In this document: positions 27,731 to 36,815 of the stretch, in pieces | How positions within the stretch are numbered: position 1 is the first letter of the stretch | How the letters are laid out: every line of letters starts with the position of its first letter | Source of the DNA: an uncultured Candidatus Saccharibacteria bacterium | GTDB taxonomy: Bacteria > Patescibacteriota > Minisyncoccia > Phycocordibacterales > G965230995 | Reading direction: 5' to 3' | Length of the DNA: 64,000 bases | NCBI GenBank assembly: GCA_965230995.1 | Contig: OZ246398.1 | Span: 592,213 to 656,212 of the forward strand | The notes under the pieces: model-generated | Seen by the model: only the letters and a program-made list of their open reading frames with translations | Database searches by the model: none | Told to the model about the DNA's origin: nothing | Made by a program: the position numbers and the translations under genes

Positions 27731-29128
27731 ATGTCAATATATTTCTGGAATACATTAACAAAAAGAAAAGACGAACTAAAACCTGTTAAAAAAGGCGTAG
27801 TTTCAATGTATCATTGCGGGCCAACTGTATACAATTATGCTCATATTGGAAATATAATCTCATATATTTTTGCGGATACAATAAGGCGTGTTGCTGAATA
27901 CAATGGCTATAAAGTAAATCAGGTTATAAACATAACCGATTTTGGCCATATTGTGAGCGATGCTGATTCAGGAGAAGACAAAATGATGACTGGATTAAAG
28001 AGAGAAGGCTTACCTGTTTCTATGGAAGGGCTAAAAATCTTGTCTTCAAAATACACAGATGCATTCGTAAATGATCTAAAATCACTCAATATAAAATTGC
28101 CGACACATATGCCTCTCGCAACCGAGCATATTAATGAATATATCAAACTGATAGAAAAACTTTTTGAAAAAAGTCTAGCCTACGATACCGAAACGGCAAT
28201 ATATTTTGACACAGAAAAAATTGATGATTACGGAAGACTTGGTGGACTTTCACCAGTAATGCAGAGTAGGCTTGATGATAAAGAAAAAAAGAGATCACCT
28301 CGAGATTTTGCACTGTGGAAAAAGAGTAACGAATTTGGCTGGAAAAGCCCTTGGGGACAAGGCTTTCCAGGCTGGCATATAGAATGTTCAGCAATGTCGA
28401 TGAAATATCTCGGCGATACATTTGATATTCACACTGGTGGAATTGATCATATTCCAGTTCATCACAATAACGAAATAGCGCAATCCGAGCACGCAACAGG
28501 AAAACCATTTGCAAATATTTGGATGCACAAAGCATTCGTAACGCTAAACAGCCAAAAAATTGCAAAATCAACCGGAAATACTTTTTTTGTGAAAGATTTA
28601 ACAAAAAGCAATGTCCATCCCCTATCACTACGATATTGGACGCTACTTTCTCATTACAAAACAGAAACAGATTTTACCATCGAAGCAGTAAAATCAGTAC
28701 AAACTGCATTTGAAAATCTTGTCCAAGAATTAATTGGTGTACCGAACACTGGAAATATTTCTGTTTCTGCAAAAGAAAAATTCCTCCAAGCAGTAAACGA
28801 TGATTTAAATACTCCAGAAGCAATTGCTATAATGTGGAATCTTTTGAAAGACAATTCAATTTCAATCGAAGACAAGAAAGCAACCATTTTTGATTTCGAT
28901 CAGGTTCTCGGACTTGGCATAAAAGAAATTGTTGAAAAAAATGAAAACGAATTATCAAAAATAAACACTCACATTTCTAATTTGCTCGAAAGAAGAAAAA
29001 TTGCTCGCGAGAGACAGGACTGGGCTGAATCTGACCAAATAAGAGATTTGCTAAAAGACCATGGTTTTGTTGTTAGAGACACAAATGAGGGTCAAAAAAT
29101 CCTTTTATCAAGGCCTCTTTTTGCGTAA
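27731..29128 (+). CDS. cysS: Cysteinyl-tRNA synthetase
   Basis: CGPTVY, HIGN, DFALWK, PGWHIECS, DIHTGG, KIAKS. Confidence 0.97.
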   Translation: MSIYFWNTLTKRKDELKPVKKGVVSMYHCGPTVYNYAHIGNIISYIFADTIRRVAEYNGYKVNQVINITDFGHIVSDADSGEDKMMTGLKREGLPVSMEGLKILSSKYTDAFVNDLKSLNIKLPTHMPLATEHINEYIKLIEKLFEKSLAYDTETAIYFDTEKIDDYGRLGGLSPVMQSRLDDKEKKRSPRDFALWKKSNEFGWKSPWGQGFPGWHIECSAMSMKYLGDTFDIHTGGIDHIPVHHNNEIAQSEHATGKPFANIWMHKAFVTLNSQKIAKSTGNTFFVKDLTKSNVHPLSLRYWTLLSHYKTETDFTIEAVKSVQTAFENLVQELIGVPNTGNISVSAKEKFLQAVNDDLNTPEAIAIMWNLLKDNSISIEDKKATIFDFDQVLGLGIKEIVEKNENELSKINTHISNLLERRKIARERQDWAESDQIRDLLKDHGFVVRDTNEGQKILLSRPLFA

Positions 29129-29205
29129 TTATCGTCCACAGGATATACACCTGTTGTTCTATTATTTTGCTTTTTGTAGCCTTGCCTCTGTGTTAGTATT
29201 TCTCT

Positions 29206-30591
29206 ATGGAAAAGAAAAACTTGCGAATACCTCCGCACAATAAAGAGGCAGAAATGGCACTTTTGGGTTCTATAATGCTTAGGCCGGATGCCATTCATGA
29301 AATAAACGATATTATATCTGCCGATTCTTTTTATTTCGACAAACACAAAACAATTTTTAATCATATGATGGAGCTTATGAAAAAAACAGCTCCTATCGAT
29401 TTGCTTTCCCTATCTGCCAGATTAAAAGAAACTGGCGACCTCGAAAAAGTTGGCGGACAAACATATCTCGTTGAACTTACAGAAATCGTTCCGTCTGCTG
29501 CAAACGTAAAGCACTATGCAGAAATAGTATTAAAGAAATATATGATGAGAAATCTCATCGAAGCTTCCGAATATATTTCAAATCTAGGATACGATGAAAA
29601 CACATCTGAACTCGAAGAGATTTTAGATAAAGCAGAGAAAAAAGTTTACGATGTAACCAACTTTTCTACTACACACAAATTTATCGAACTCAAAGAAGAA
29701 TTAAACGAGGCATGGGAGAGATTCGACAGACTACACAATTCGACCGAAGCAATGCGTGGTGTACCTTCTGGATTTAGGGATATAGACAATTTTCTCGCTG
29801 GTTTTCAGCCATCAGACCTCATTATTCTCGCTGCGAGACCTTCTATGGGAAAGACTGCCCTTGCTCTAGACTTTGCTCGAAATGCAGCTATTCAACATAA
29901 TAAAAAAGTAGGAATATTTTCTCTTGAAATGAGCTCGCAACAGCTTGTTGATAGAATGCTCGCCGCCCAAGCAAACGTAGACGCATGGAAAATGCGAACT
30001 GGTAAAATAACAGCCGAAGATGACTTTGGTGCAATCAGAGCAGCTCTCGATTCCCTATCGTCCGCACCGATATTTATCGATGATCAACCTGGAAATAACA
30101 TTCTCAAAATGAGATCTGTTGCAAGAAGACTTCAGCGAGAAAAAGGCCTTGATTTGATTCTTGTTGACTATCTCCAACTTATGACCCCAATCGGAAATTT
30201 TAAAAGCGATTCCACAGTTCAACAAGTGACAGAAATTTCTAGATCATTAAAAAATCTAGCAAGAGACCTGAAAGTTCCAGTGATTGCCCTGTCACAGCTT
30301 TCCCGAGCTGTCGAAGCGCGCGGTGGTAGACCGAGACTTTCAGACCTGCGAGACTCTGGTTCTATCGAACAAGATGCCGATGTTGTTATGTTCATACACA
30401 GAGAAAAAGACGAGACTGGCGAGAAAGCAAGAGAAAACAATGCCGAAATATTAATCGAAAAGCACAGAAACGGTGCCACAGGAACAGTAAAGCTATATTT
30501 CAACGACAAGAAAGCAACATTCCAAACAGTCGAAAAAGCCGAATTTGGAGCGGATTTTGGCCCACAAGCAGATGGTTTGGAGGATTTCTAA
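29206..30591 (+). CDS. dnaB: Replicative DNA helicase
   Basis: PPHNKEAE, ARPSMGKT, VDYLQL, LSQLSR, DLRDSGSIEQDAD, KHRNG. Confidence 0.98.
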   Translation: MEKKNLRIPPHNKEAEMALLGSIMLRPDAIHEINDIISADSFYFDKHKTIFNHMMELMKKTAPIDLLSLSARLKETGDLEKVGGQTYLVELTEIVPSAANVKHYAEIVLKKYMMRNLIEASEYISNLGYDENTSELEEILDKAEKKVYDVTNFSTTHKFIELKEELNEAWERFDRLHNSTEAMRGVPSGFRDIDNFLAGFQPSDLIILAARPSMGKTALALDFARNAAIQHNKKVGIFSLEMSSQQLVDRMLAAQANVDAWKMRTGKITAEDDFGAIRAALDSLSSAPIFIDDQPGNNILKMRSVARRLQREKGLDLILVDYLQLMTPIGNFKSDSTVQQVTEISRSLKNLARDLKVPVIALSQLSRAVEARGGRPRLSDLRDSGSIEQDADVVMFIHREKDETGEKARENNAEILIEKHRNGATGTVKLYFNDKKATFQTVEKAEFGADFGPQADGLEDF

Positions 30592-30594
30592 TAT

Positions 30595-31212
30595 ATGAAC
30601 GAAATACACAATTTAGCTGAATATTTAAGAGAATTGCCCGGAATAGGCCCGAGACAGGCAAAACGTCTCGCCTATTATCTCGTAAGAAGACAAGATGATT
30701 TAGCATTGAAATTATCAGAAGCAATTAGGAAAGCTAGATCAAGCACGATTATTTGTGGAAAATGCCAAAGATTACACACAAAAACTAGCGCTCAGTTTTG
30801 TGATATCTGTTCTGGCAAAAGAGACAGCACACTGCTAATTTTACCAACAGATACTGACCTAGATCATGTAGAAAAAACCGGTGCGTATAGTGGATACTAT
30901 TTTGTGTTGGGTGGAACCGTCCCAATCCTTGAAAAAGAACCGGAGAAAAAAATAAGGGTTAGAAAATTATTTTCTTTACTTGAATCAGAAACATATCCTA
31001 ATCTAAATGAAATTATTTTGGCGTTTAATGCAAATCCCGAGGGTGACAATACTGTCGATTATCTAAAAGAAAAACTTGCGCCTTTGTGTGAAAAAAAGAA
31101 TATTACAATATCAACTTTAGCGAGAGGTCTATCTACAGGATCAGAACTAGAATATTCTGACAAAAACACACTAGACAACGCCCTAAAATACCGCATCCAC
31201 GATATTATTTAA
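30595..31212 (+). CDS. recR: Recombination protein RecR
   Basis: LPGIGPRQAKR, C4 zinc finger, YFVLGG, NPEGD, LARGL, ELEY. Confidence 0.96.
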   Translation: MNEIHNLAEYLRELPGIGPRQAKRLAYYLVRRQDDLALKLSEAIRKARSSTIICGKCQRLHTKTSAQFCDICSGKRDSTLLILPTDTDLDHVEKTGAYSGYYFVLGGTVPILEKEPEKKIRVRKLFSLLESETYPNLNEIILAFNANPEGDNTVDYLKEKLAPLCEKKNITISTLARGLSTGSELEYSDKNTLDNALKYRIHDII

Positions 31213-31250
31213 CAAAGCAAAACCGCCTGAAATTTGGCGGTTTTGTTTTG
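31213..31250. terminator. Bidirectional terminator between recR and rplU
   Basis: CAAAACCGCC/GGCGGTTTTG stem. Confidence 0.75.
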
Positions 31251-31251
31251 A

Positions 31252-31569
31252 TTATTTAAGAGAATCAATTTTGACTTTGAAATATTCTTGTCTGTGTCCG
31301 TTGATTTTTAGTCTGTTGCTCTTTGCTTTGTATCGAAATACTCGGACTTTTTTGTTTCGGTCTATTCTTTCGATAGTTCCAGAAACCTTTGCTCCTTTTA
31401 CTTCTGGCTCACCAATTACGGTATCCTTTCCATCAAAAGCAAGGAGGACTCGGTCAAAGACAATTTTGTCTCCAGCCTTGTATTCACCTTTTATTTTCTC
31501 TATTTTTATTGATTGTCCAGGAGAAACTTTGTACTGCTTTCCTCCGGTTTTTATTACTGAAAATTCCAT
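31252..31569 (-). CDS. rplU: 50S ribosomal protein L21
   Basis: VIKTGGKQYKV, GHRQ. Confidence 0.97.
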   Translation of the reverse strand: MEFSVIKTGGKQYKVSPGQSIKIEKIKGEYKAGDKIVFDRVLLAFDGKDTVIGEPEVKGAKVSGTIERIDRNKKVRVFRYKAKSNRLKINGHRQEYFKVKIDSLK

Positions 31570-31649
31570 AGTCGCTATACTTTAAACTACTTTTCGAAAA
31601 AAAGCAAGGGTAAAAAGCCTCAAAAACAGTCAATTTTATGGCTATAAAT

Positions 31650-32729
31650 CTACTCTTCTGACGGCTTCTCGATTGTTCCACTCTCTATACCTACTGAATC
31701 CCCTGTTATTTTATATACATCTTTGTCGATTTTTTTGAATTCTTTTGTCGAATTATTGTAATGGTTTACAACAGTTCCGAGCGACGTTCCTAGTTTTGTA
31801 TGTAATTCCTCGTATCGATCCAAATGTCTTTTCAGTTCTGCCACTTGTTTACCGATTAATTTTGCTGATTCTTCAATTTTAAATGCTTTAAAGCCATACA
31901 GGACAGAGTGAAGATATGCTGAAAAAGTCGTTGGCGAAACTATGATGACTTTTTTGTCGTTATAAGCATAATCAATGAGGCTTCTTGAATTTACCGTCAC
32001 GCCTACTTCGTTTACTATCAAATCATAGTAGATTCCTTCGGCAGGTATAAACATAAAAGCAAATGGTAGTGTCCCCTCTTCTGGTCTAATATATTTTGCT
32101 GTTTCGTCAATTCTCTTTTTTAGGTCGTTTGCAAATTCTTTCTGCAAGGCTTCTTTTCTTTCTGCATCATCTTCGTTTATAAACCTACTGTAGTTATCAA
32201 GAGAAAATTTTGCATCAACTGGAATTATTCCATCTTTTGTTTTGATTACTGCATCGGCTTTGTCGCTGTTTTTAAACAAATATTGTAGTTCGTATGATTC
32301 AGGAGGAAGCATATTGGACAATATTAATTCAAGACCTGCTTCACCGAGGTTTCCTCTTTGTTTTTGATTTTTCAAAACTTTTTCAAGTGAATGTAGCTGT
32401 TCTGCAATCTTGACGACTTGTTTGCTTGATTCGTTGGTTTGAGTGATTTCCTTTGTGACACTCATCAAATGTTTGGTGACTTCGTTGTTTATGTCTCTCA
32501 TCAACATCTGAGATTGAGACATCTGATTTTGCATCGAATTCTGAACCATTTTTGTGGTTTCGCCAATTTTGGAATCGACCGTTCTAGATAGTTCGTTTAT
32601 CTGCGACAAAAGCAAATTCACAGCTCCATCGTCTTTTTTTTGCTCGGTTGTTTTTTTGAGCAAAATAATAATGTACGCAAACAATGCAATTACAACCAAA
32701 ATCCCTACAAAAATTAAAGTTTCTAACAT
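31650..32729 (-). CDS. rmuC: DNA recombination protein RmuC
   Basis: QRGNLGE, VDAKF, KYIRPEEGT, MFIPAE, VSPTT. Confidence 0.93.
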   Translation of the reverse strand: MLETLIFVGILVVIALFAYIIILLKKTTEQKKDDGAVNLLLSQINELSRTVDSKIGETTKMVQNSMQNQMSQSQMLMRDINNEVTKHLMSVTKEITQTNESSKQVVKIAEQLHSLEKVLKNQKQRGNLGEAGLELILSNMLPPESYELQYLFKNSDKADAVIKTKDGIIPVDAKFSLDNYSRFINEDDAERKEALQKEFANDLKKRIDETAKYIRPEEGTLPFAFMFIPAEGIYYDLIVNEVGVTVNSRSLIDYAYNDKKVIIVSPTTFSAYLHSVLYGFKAFKIEESAKLIGKQVAELKRHLDRYEELHTKLGTSLGTVVNHYNNSTKEFKKIDKDVYKITGDSVGIESGTIEKPSEE

Positions 32730-32795
32730 ATCTAAAGTATATCAAGTAACAGGTTTTCGTGATACTATGTGAATATACACAAATAATATATTTTT

Positions 32796-33251
32796 ATGAC
32801 AATAGCAGAAAATATAAAGAAATTGACAATAGAAGCGATGAAGGCCAAAGATCCTCTACGAACAGACACGCTTCGTGGATTAACTGCTGGTTTTGTTAGC
32901 GAGCTCACTTCACAAAAGAGACCTCCTAATGATCCTGTGACTGACGAAATTGCTTTGGCAGTAATCAAAAGACAAGTAAAGCAAAGAAAGGATTCTATCG
33001 AACAATTTACAAAAGGTGGTAGACCAGAATTGGCAGATAAAGAAAAATTGGAGCTTACGATACTCGAAAGTTTTCTCCCAGCACAAATGAGCGAAGAGGA
33101 AATTGAAAAAATTGTGAGCGCCAAAATGACAGAGCTCGGTGTAACAGATAAAAGCGGTATGGGAAAACTAATGGGAGCAGTAATGAAAGAAACGGGCGGA
33201 AATGCAGACGGAGCAATTGTAAAGAAAATAATAGAATCAAAGTTTAATTAA
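32796..33251 (+). CDS. GatB/YqeY domain protein
   Basis: AMKAKD, KQRKDSIEQF, FLPAQMSEEE, MGKLMG. Confidence 0.92.
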   Translation: MTIAENIKKLTIEAMKAKDPLRTDTLRGLTAGFVSELTSQKRPPNDPVTDEIALAVIKRQVKQRKDSIEQFTKGGRPELADKEKLELTILESFLPAQMSEEEIEKIVSAKMTELGVTDKSGMGKLMGAVMKETGGNADGAIVKKIIESKFN

Positions 33252-33299
33252 AAAATTCCACCCGCCGAAGGCTCTGCCTTCGGCGGGTTTCGTTTCTGC

Positions 33300-33560
33300 T
33301 CAGTTGAGGTGTTTGGAATCGTAGATCTCCTTGCTTTTAGCGAGAAAGAGATTCCTCAAATCACCCAGAACTGCCAGAAACTTGGGGTAGGCTTCGGGAT
33401 GACGAGGCGAGATGTAAACAGAGACGTTTACACCAACACCGTTGCGAGAGAGTTCGAACCGAAGACCTTCGATTCGAAGATTCTTCATCACCATCTCGAC
33501 AGCACACAAAGAGACCATCTCCTCGACAGAAAACACGTGATCAGCATTGCGAGTACACAT
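33300..33560 (-). CDS. Hypothetical protein (86 aa, GC-rich)
   Basis: Start moved to MCTRN after a GGAGGGG SD; leader has a long hairpin and GTTCTTTAAC; terminator hairpin at 33261-33287. Confidence 0.6.
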   Translation of the reverse strand: MCTRNADHVFSVEEMVSLCAVEMVMKNLRIEGLRFELSRNGVGVNVSVYISPRHPEAYPKFLAVLGDLRNLFLAKSKEIYDSKHLN

Positions 33561-33654
33561 CTCGGCCCCCTCCGTTAAAGAACTAGTTTCCAGAATCACC
33601 ATGACTCTGGAAACTAGGAGCAAATATTGCGCATAATTTCCAAAGCTGGAAACA

Positions 33655-33817
33655 GAAAGTCCCCTTTCGGGGACTTTCTTTACGCAATTAACGATTTTTA
33701 GACTATTTCAGTTTTTGCATACAAAGAAAGCTCCCGAAGGGGATTCCCAGCAGCAGACCCAAAACTGAAATATTTAACTTCATAAATTAATAATATCAAC
33801 TAAATGTTTGCTGTCAA
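33655..33817 (-). other. Stand-alone small transcription unit: sRNA, or leaderless 26-aa hydrophobic peptide (33703-33783)
   Basis: TTGACA (33817-33812), TGaTATTAT, ATG 6 nt later (MKLNISVLGLLLGIPFGSFLCMQKLK); terminator AGAAAGTCCCC-GAAA-GGGGACTTTCT. Confidence 0.5.
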
Positions 33818-33856
33818 ACAAAAAGGGTGCGCGCAAGGCACACCCACACAAAAGGA

Positions 33857-34051
33857 TCAGGGCTGACGGAGTGAAAAAGTGCCATCGGGCAACTTCACCA
33901 CACCAGCCTTCTCCATACCCAAATTGAACCACCTCCTCGCAAGCTGTTGGTCCTCCGCAGGCATTTTCGGAATGGAAGGACCATTTTGAAATGCCAAGAA
34001 AATCCGATTAGGATCAGGAGAACCGACTTGCACTACAGTTTGTTCGCTCAT
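33857..34051 (-). CDS. Small hypothetical protein (64 aa)
   Basis: GGAGG SD before MSEQT; duplicated leader upstream; hairpin near 33825-33845 downstream. Confidence 0.6.
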   Translation of the reverse strand: MSEQTVVQVGSPDPNRIFLAFQNGPSIPKMPAEDQQLARRWFNLGMEKAGVVKLPDGTFSLRQP

Positions 34052-34080
34052 ACCAAACCTCCACACAATGTTGTTGACGT

Positions 34081-34158
34081 TAAAGAACTATTGGTACAAC
34101 ATTTTGTACCAAAATGTAGCTACGTAAATACATAACGACATTTTGATAAAAAACAAAA
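34081..34158. repeat. ~78-bp direct repeat, copy 1 (promoter/leader module)
   Basis: About 10 differences from 35090-35166 in a manual alignment. Confidence 0.9.
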
Positions 34159-34210
34159 TTAATTTTGGGCTGGGCTGTCGTTTCTCTCCGACAGCCCTTC
34201 CCAATTTGAC

Positions 34211-35062
34211 TCAGTCCCTCACCTCAAAGGGACCAAAGATTTGGTTTTTTGTCACACACAAAGAGAAGAGCTTGCGAGCAATACGAAACCTCCACAGAGC
34301 ACTCCGCTTCATCTCGACTTCGACGCCGAAATGATACGTGCCGTTCTCGATATGAACAGAATGAATCTGCGTCATATTAATCCCGAGAAGCACAAGCGGA
34401 GTGAGAGCAAGCCACAGAGCCCCAGGTATGTTGTGTACCTGGAACGTGAGCACTGCTCTGTTCGTCTTGCCCACCGCCCCAGACACACCACCCGGTGCAA
34501 GCAGGTAGAATGTCGTGACGGCCGGTTCGTCTTCGAATCCCTCGATGAGGACATCGAGACCATAGACCTGGGCGTTCGCAACCGGCCCGAGACAAGCCCA
34601 GTTCTGGTAGCTTTCGTCCTCGGCTACCAATCTCGATGCTTCGCCATTGCTCGGAACCTCCATCGTTTTGACTTGAAGACTACCGACCTTCGCCTTGCAT
34701 GCACCAAAGGACTTTTGATGCCCGATGATGCCAGCGACCTGCTCGATACTCATACCCTTCCTCGCCATCAAGGCAAAAGTAATGGGCATTTTGTATCCAG
34801 CAACGATCGCAGGTACACTGCCCGTGCGAAGAAGAGCGATAAGCGCATCGAGAGACTCGGTCACGCGACCCTGAGCCAGAGTCTCGACAGCAAGAGCGCC
34901 CCAAGCCGATTTCGTCATCACCACAGACACAACATCACCATTTCTGGCAGTCGGAATGTAGTTTCGATCGGAAACAGCAGGAGCCCCAAAGTTCTGGACG
35001 AAGTACTCATATGCTACATGAGTAAACGTAGAACCAAACGGCCCGAGATAAGTAACATTCAT
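34211..35062 (-). CDS. pheA: Prephenate dehydratase-like protein with ACT domain
   Basis: VTYLGPFGSTFT, AVETLAQGRV, HQKSFGAC, SNGEAS, TTF (canonical TRF), ACT domain PGAL...GINMTQIHS. Confidence 0.8.
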   Translation of the reverse strand: MNVTYLGPFGSTFTHVAYEYFVQNFGAPAVSDRNYIPTARNGDVVSVVMTKSAWGALAVETLAQGRVTESLDALIALLRTGSVPAIVAGYKMPITFALMARKGMSIEQVAGIIGHQKSFGACKAKVGSLQVKTMEVPSNGEASRLVAEDESYQNWACLGPVANAQVYGLDVLIEGFEDEPAVTTFYLLAPGGVSGAVGKTNRAVLTFQVHNIPGALWLALTPLVLLGINMTQIHSVHIENGTYHFGVEVEMKRSALWRFRIARKLFSLCVTKNQIFGPFEVRD

Positions 35063-35089
35063 CGTAGATCCCTCTCTTTAGTGTGATTG

Positions 35090-35166
35090 TAAAGAACTCT
35101 CGGTACAACGTTTTGTACCAAAGTGTTGCTGTGTAATACATAGCGACATTTTGATACAAAACAAAA
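35090..35166. repeat. ~78-bp direct repeat, copy 2
   Basis: Matches copy 1 at 34081-34158; abuts the pyrD terminator CAAAAGCCCCGC-TTAC-GCGGGGCTTTTG. Confidence 0.9.
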
Positions 35167-35314
35167 GCCCCGCTTACGCGGGGCTTTTGCTGTAGTTTCA
35201 TTTCTCTTTTTTAAATACTAGCAAAATTCCCCGCTACGCGGTTATATGCAAAAAAGAAAAATGAAAACCAATTTGACTTCATATTTAAATACTATCAGTT
35301 TAGAGTATTTTTTG

Positions 35315-36367
35315 TCAAATACCCTTTTCTATTCTCTTACAGATATCAGAAATGATATGCGGGCCTTCGTATATCATCCCAGTAATCAATTGCACCAAGT
35401 CTGCGCCGGCATTAATTTTTTCTATCGCATCATCGGCACTCATAATTCCACCACAACCGATAATGGTCATTTTGTTTCCGACTTTTGATCTGGTTTTTTT
35501 AATTAATTTTGTCGACAATTCTCTGCATGGATCACCAGACATTCCACCTCTCGCCTTTCCGCTTGCTTCTTCGGGATGTTTTAGACAAGATATTTCTTTG
35601 TTTAGATTTCCAATCACATATCCTTTTACAAAAGGAAATTTAAGCGACACATCAATTAATTTTGAAAAATCTTCCCATTCGAGATTTATTGGCATTTTCA
35701 AATATACAGGTTTATCTGTTTTAATTTTAGCCAATTGCACAAGGAGCATTTGGAGAGCGTGCGGTGTTGCATATGCTTCGCCACAATATGAATTTGGGCA
35801 AGAAATATTTATGGTGTAATAGTCGCCTATTTTTTCTTTGTTCAGTCTTTCAAAAGAATATACATAATCCTCTACCCCACCCTCGAGAGTTTTACACAAG
35901 ACATCATTCGTTCTTGCTATGCTCACACCAATAACAAAATCCTTCGGTATATGTGATTTTTTAATTCTACGAATTACAGTATCAACTCCATCGTTTCGGA
36001 GACCTTTTCTCACGATAATACTTCCTGATTTTTTGAGCCTAATTAAACGAGGCTTTCTATTCCCTTCACAAGCTCTCGCTGTGACAGAGCCGATTTCTTC
36101 ACCACCAAAACCGAGCGAAGCAAGTATCCCTGTAAGTTTTCCATTGTAATCAAAACCAGCAGAAAGCAGGACTGGCGTTTTGTATTTTATTCCATCAATT
36201 GTTTTTGAAATGTCTTTGCCATGATACCCATACAACAAAGAAATAATTTTTCTACTGATAGAAAAATACCCAAGTAATCTTCCTTTTGCAATGAAAATAT
36301 TATGAACAAATTCCGGATCAAAGATAAACAGAAATGGTTTTAGGATATAGCGGTATAAAAATTTCAT
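35315..36367 (-). CDS. pyrD: Dihydroorotate dehydrogenase (quinone-type, class 2)
   Basis: DPEFVH, LSAGFD, GSVT, GNRKPRL, INISCPN, GGMSG, IGCGGI, GADLVQL. Start moved to MKFLY. Confidence 0.92.
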   Translation of the reverse strand: MKFLYRYILKPFLFIFDPEFVHNIFIAKGRLLGYFSISRKIISLLYGYHGKDISKTIDGIKYKTPVLLSAGFDYNGKLTGILASLGFGGEEIGSVTARACEGNRKPRLIRLKKSGSIIVRKGLRNDGVDTVIRRIKKSHIPKDFVIGVSIARTNDVLCKTLEGGVEDYVYSFERLNKEKIGDYYTINISCPNSYCGEAYATPHALQMLLVQLAKIKTDKPVYLKMPINLEWEDFSKLIDVSLKFPFVKGYVIGNLNKEISCLKHPEEASGKARGGMSGDPCRELSTKLIKKTRSKVGNKMTIIGCGGIMSADDAIEKINAGADLVQLITGMIYEGPHIISDICKRIEKGI

Positions 36368-36420
36368 ATAGGCATTATATATCAAAGAATATGGAAAAAA
36401 TAGCTAATATAAAGTATGAT

Positions 36421-36815
36421 TTACACGGGTTCCAACACCAACGACGAAAGGAGGATACATGCACAGCCCGAATGCCTGACGAATCTCATTTCTGTATAAT
36501 GGGCCAACCACCAAAACCGACCCCACAGGCTAATTTGGGGCACGGCTACAGGGTCATGGTGGACATGTTCTTCGGAGCAAGCCTTCGCACCGGATGCCTA
36601 CCAAGTGAGTTAGGAAAAGAAGGGCGAAGTTTGTGGGTTTGCTCAATGGGAATATGCTGTTGTTCCCCCAAGGACGTACAACCCGATCAACCACGAAGTG
36701 GTAAACAACAGGTGGTAGTGATACCACGGTGTCTGGTAGACACACCCAGATGAAGTGGCTTTGCCCACATACTCTACCAAATTCCGGTGCGTCAGCAATG
36801 ACGCACCAATTTATT
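36421..36815 (+). ncRNA. Candidate large structured RNA / GC-rich inserted element
   Basis: Promoter (-10 TATGAT at 36415-36420), many nested stems, terminator hairpin 36786-36807, flanking 17-bp direct repeat. Confidence 0.45.

Noticed and set aside
33629-33638. GCGCATAAT resembling the XerC half of E. coli dif
   Set aside because: No matching second arm at 6-bp spacing; it lies in a promoter region.
34241-35086. 281-aa plus-strand ORF
   Set aside because: It is an antisense shadow of the GC-rich pheA-like gene, which has the motifs, leader and terminator.
36334-36471. 5' part of the track ORF 36334-36753
   Set aside because: It overlaps the pyrD start and the divergent promoters; only the portion from ATG 36472 remains possible.
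36459-36533. TGA-as-Gly (genetic code 25) readthrough of the MHSPNA minigene
   Set aside because: TGA ends bona fide genes here (ftsW, murF, second mreB), and readthrough would stop at TAA after 24 codons anyway.
36421-36815. RNase P RNA or tmRNA identity for the structured element
   Set aside because: No GAGGAAAGTCC or 3' P4 signature, and no tRNA-Ala-like ends or tag frame are visible.
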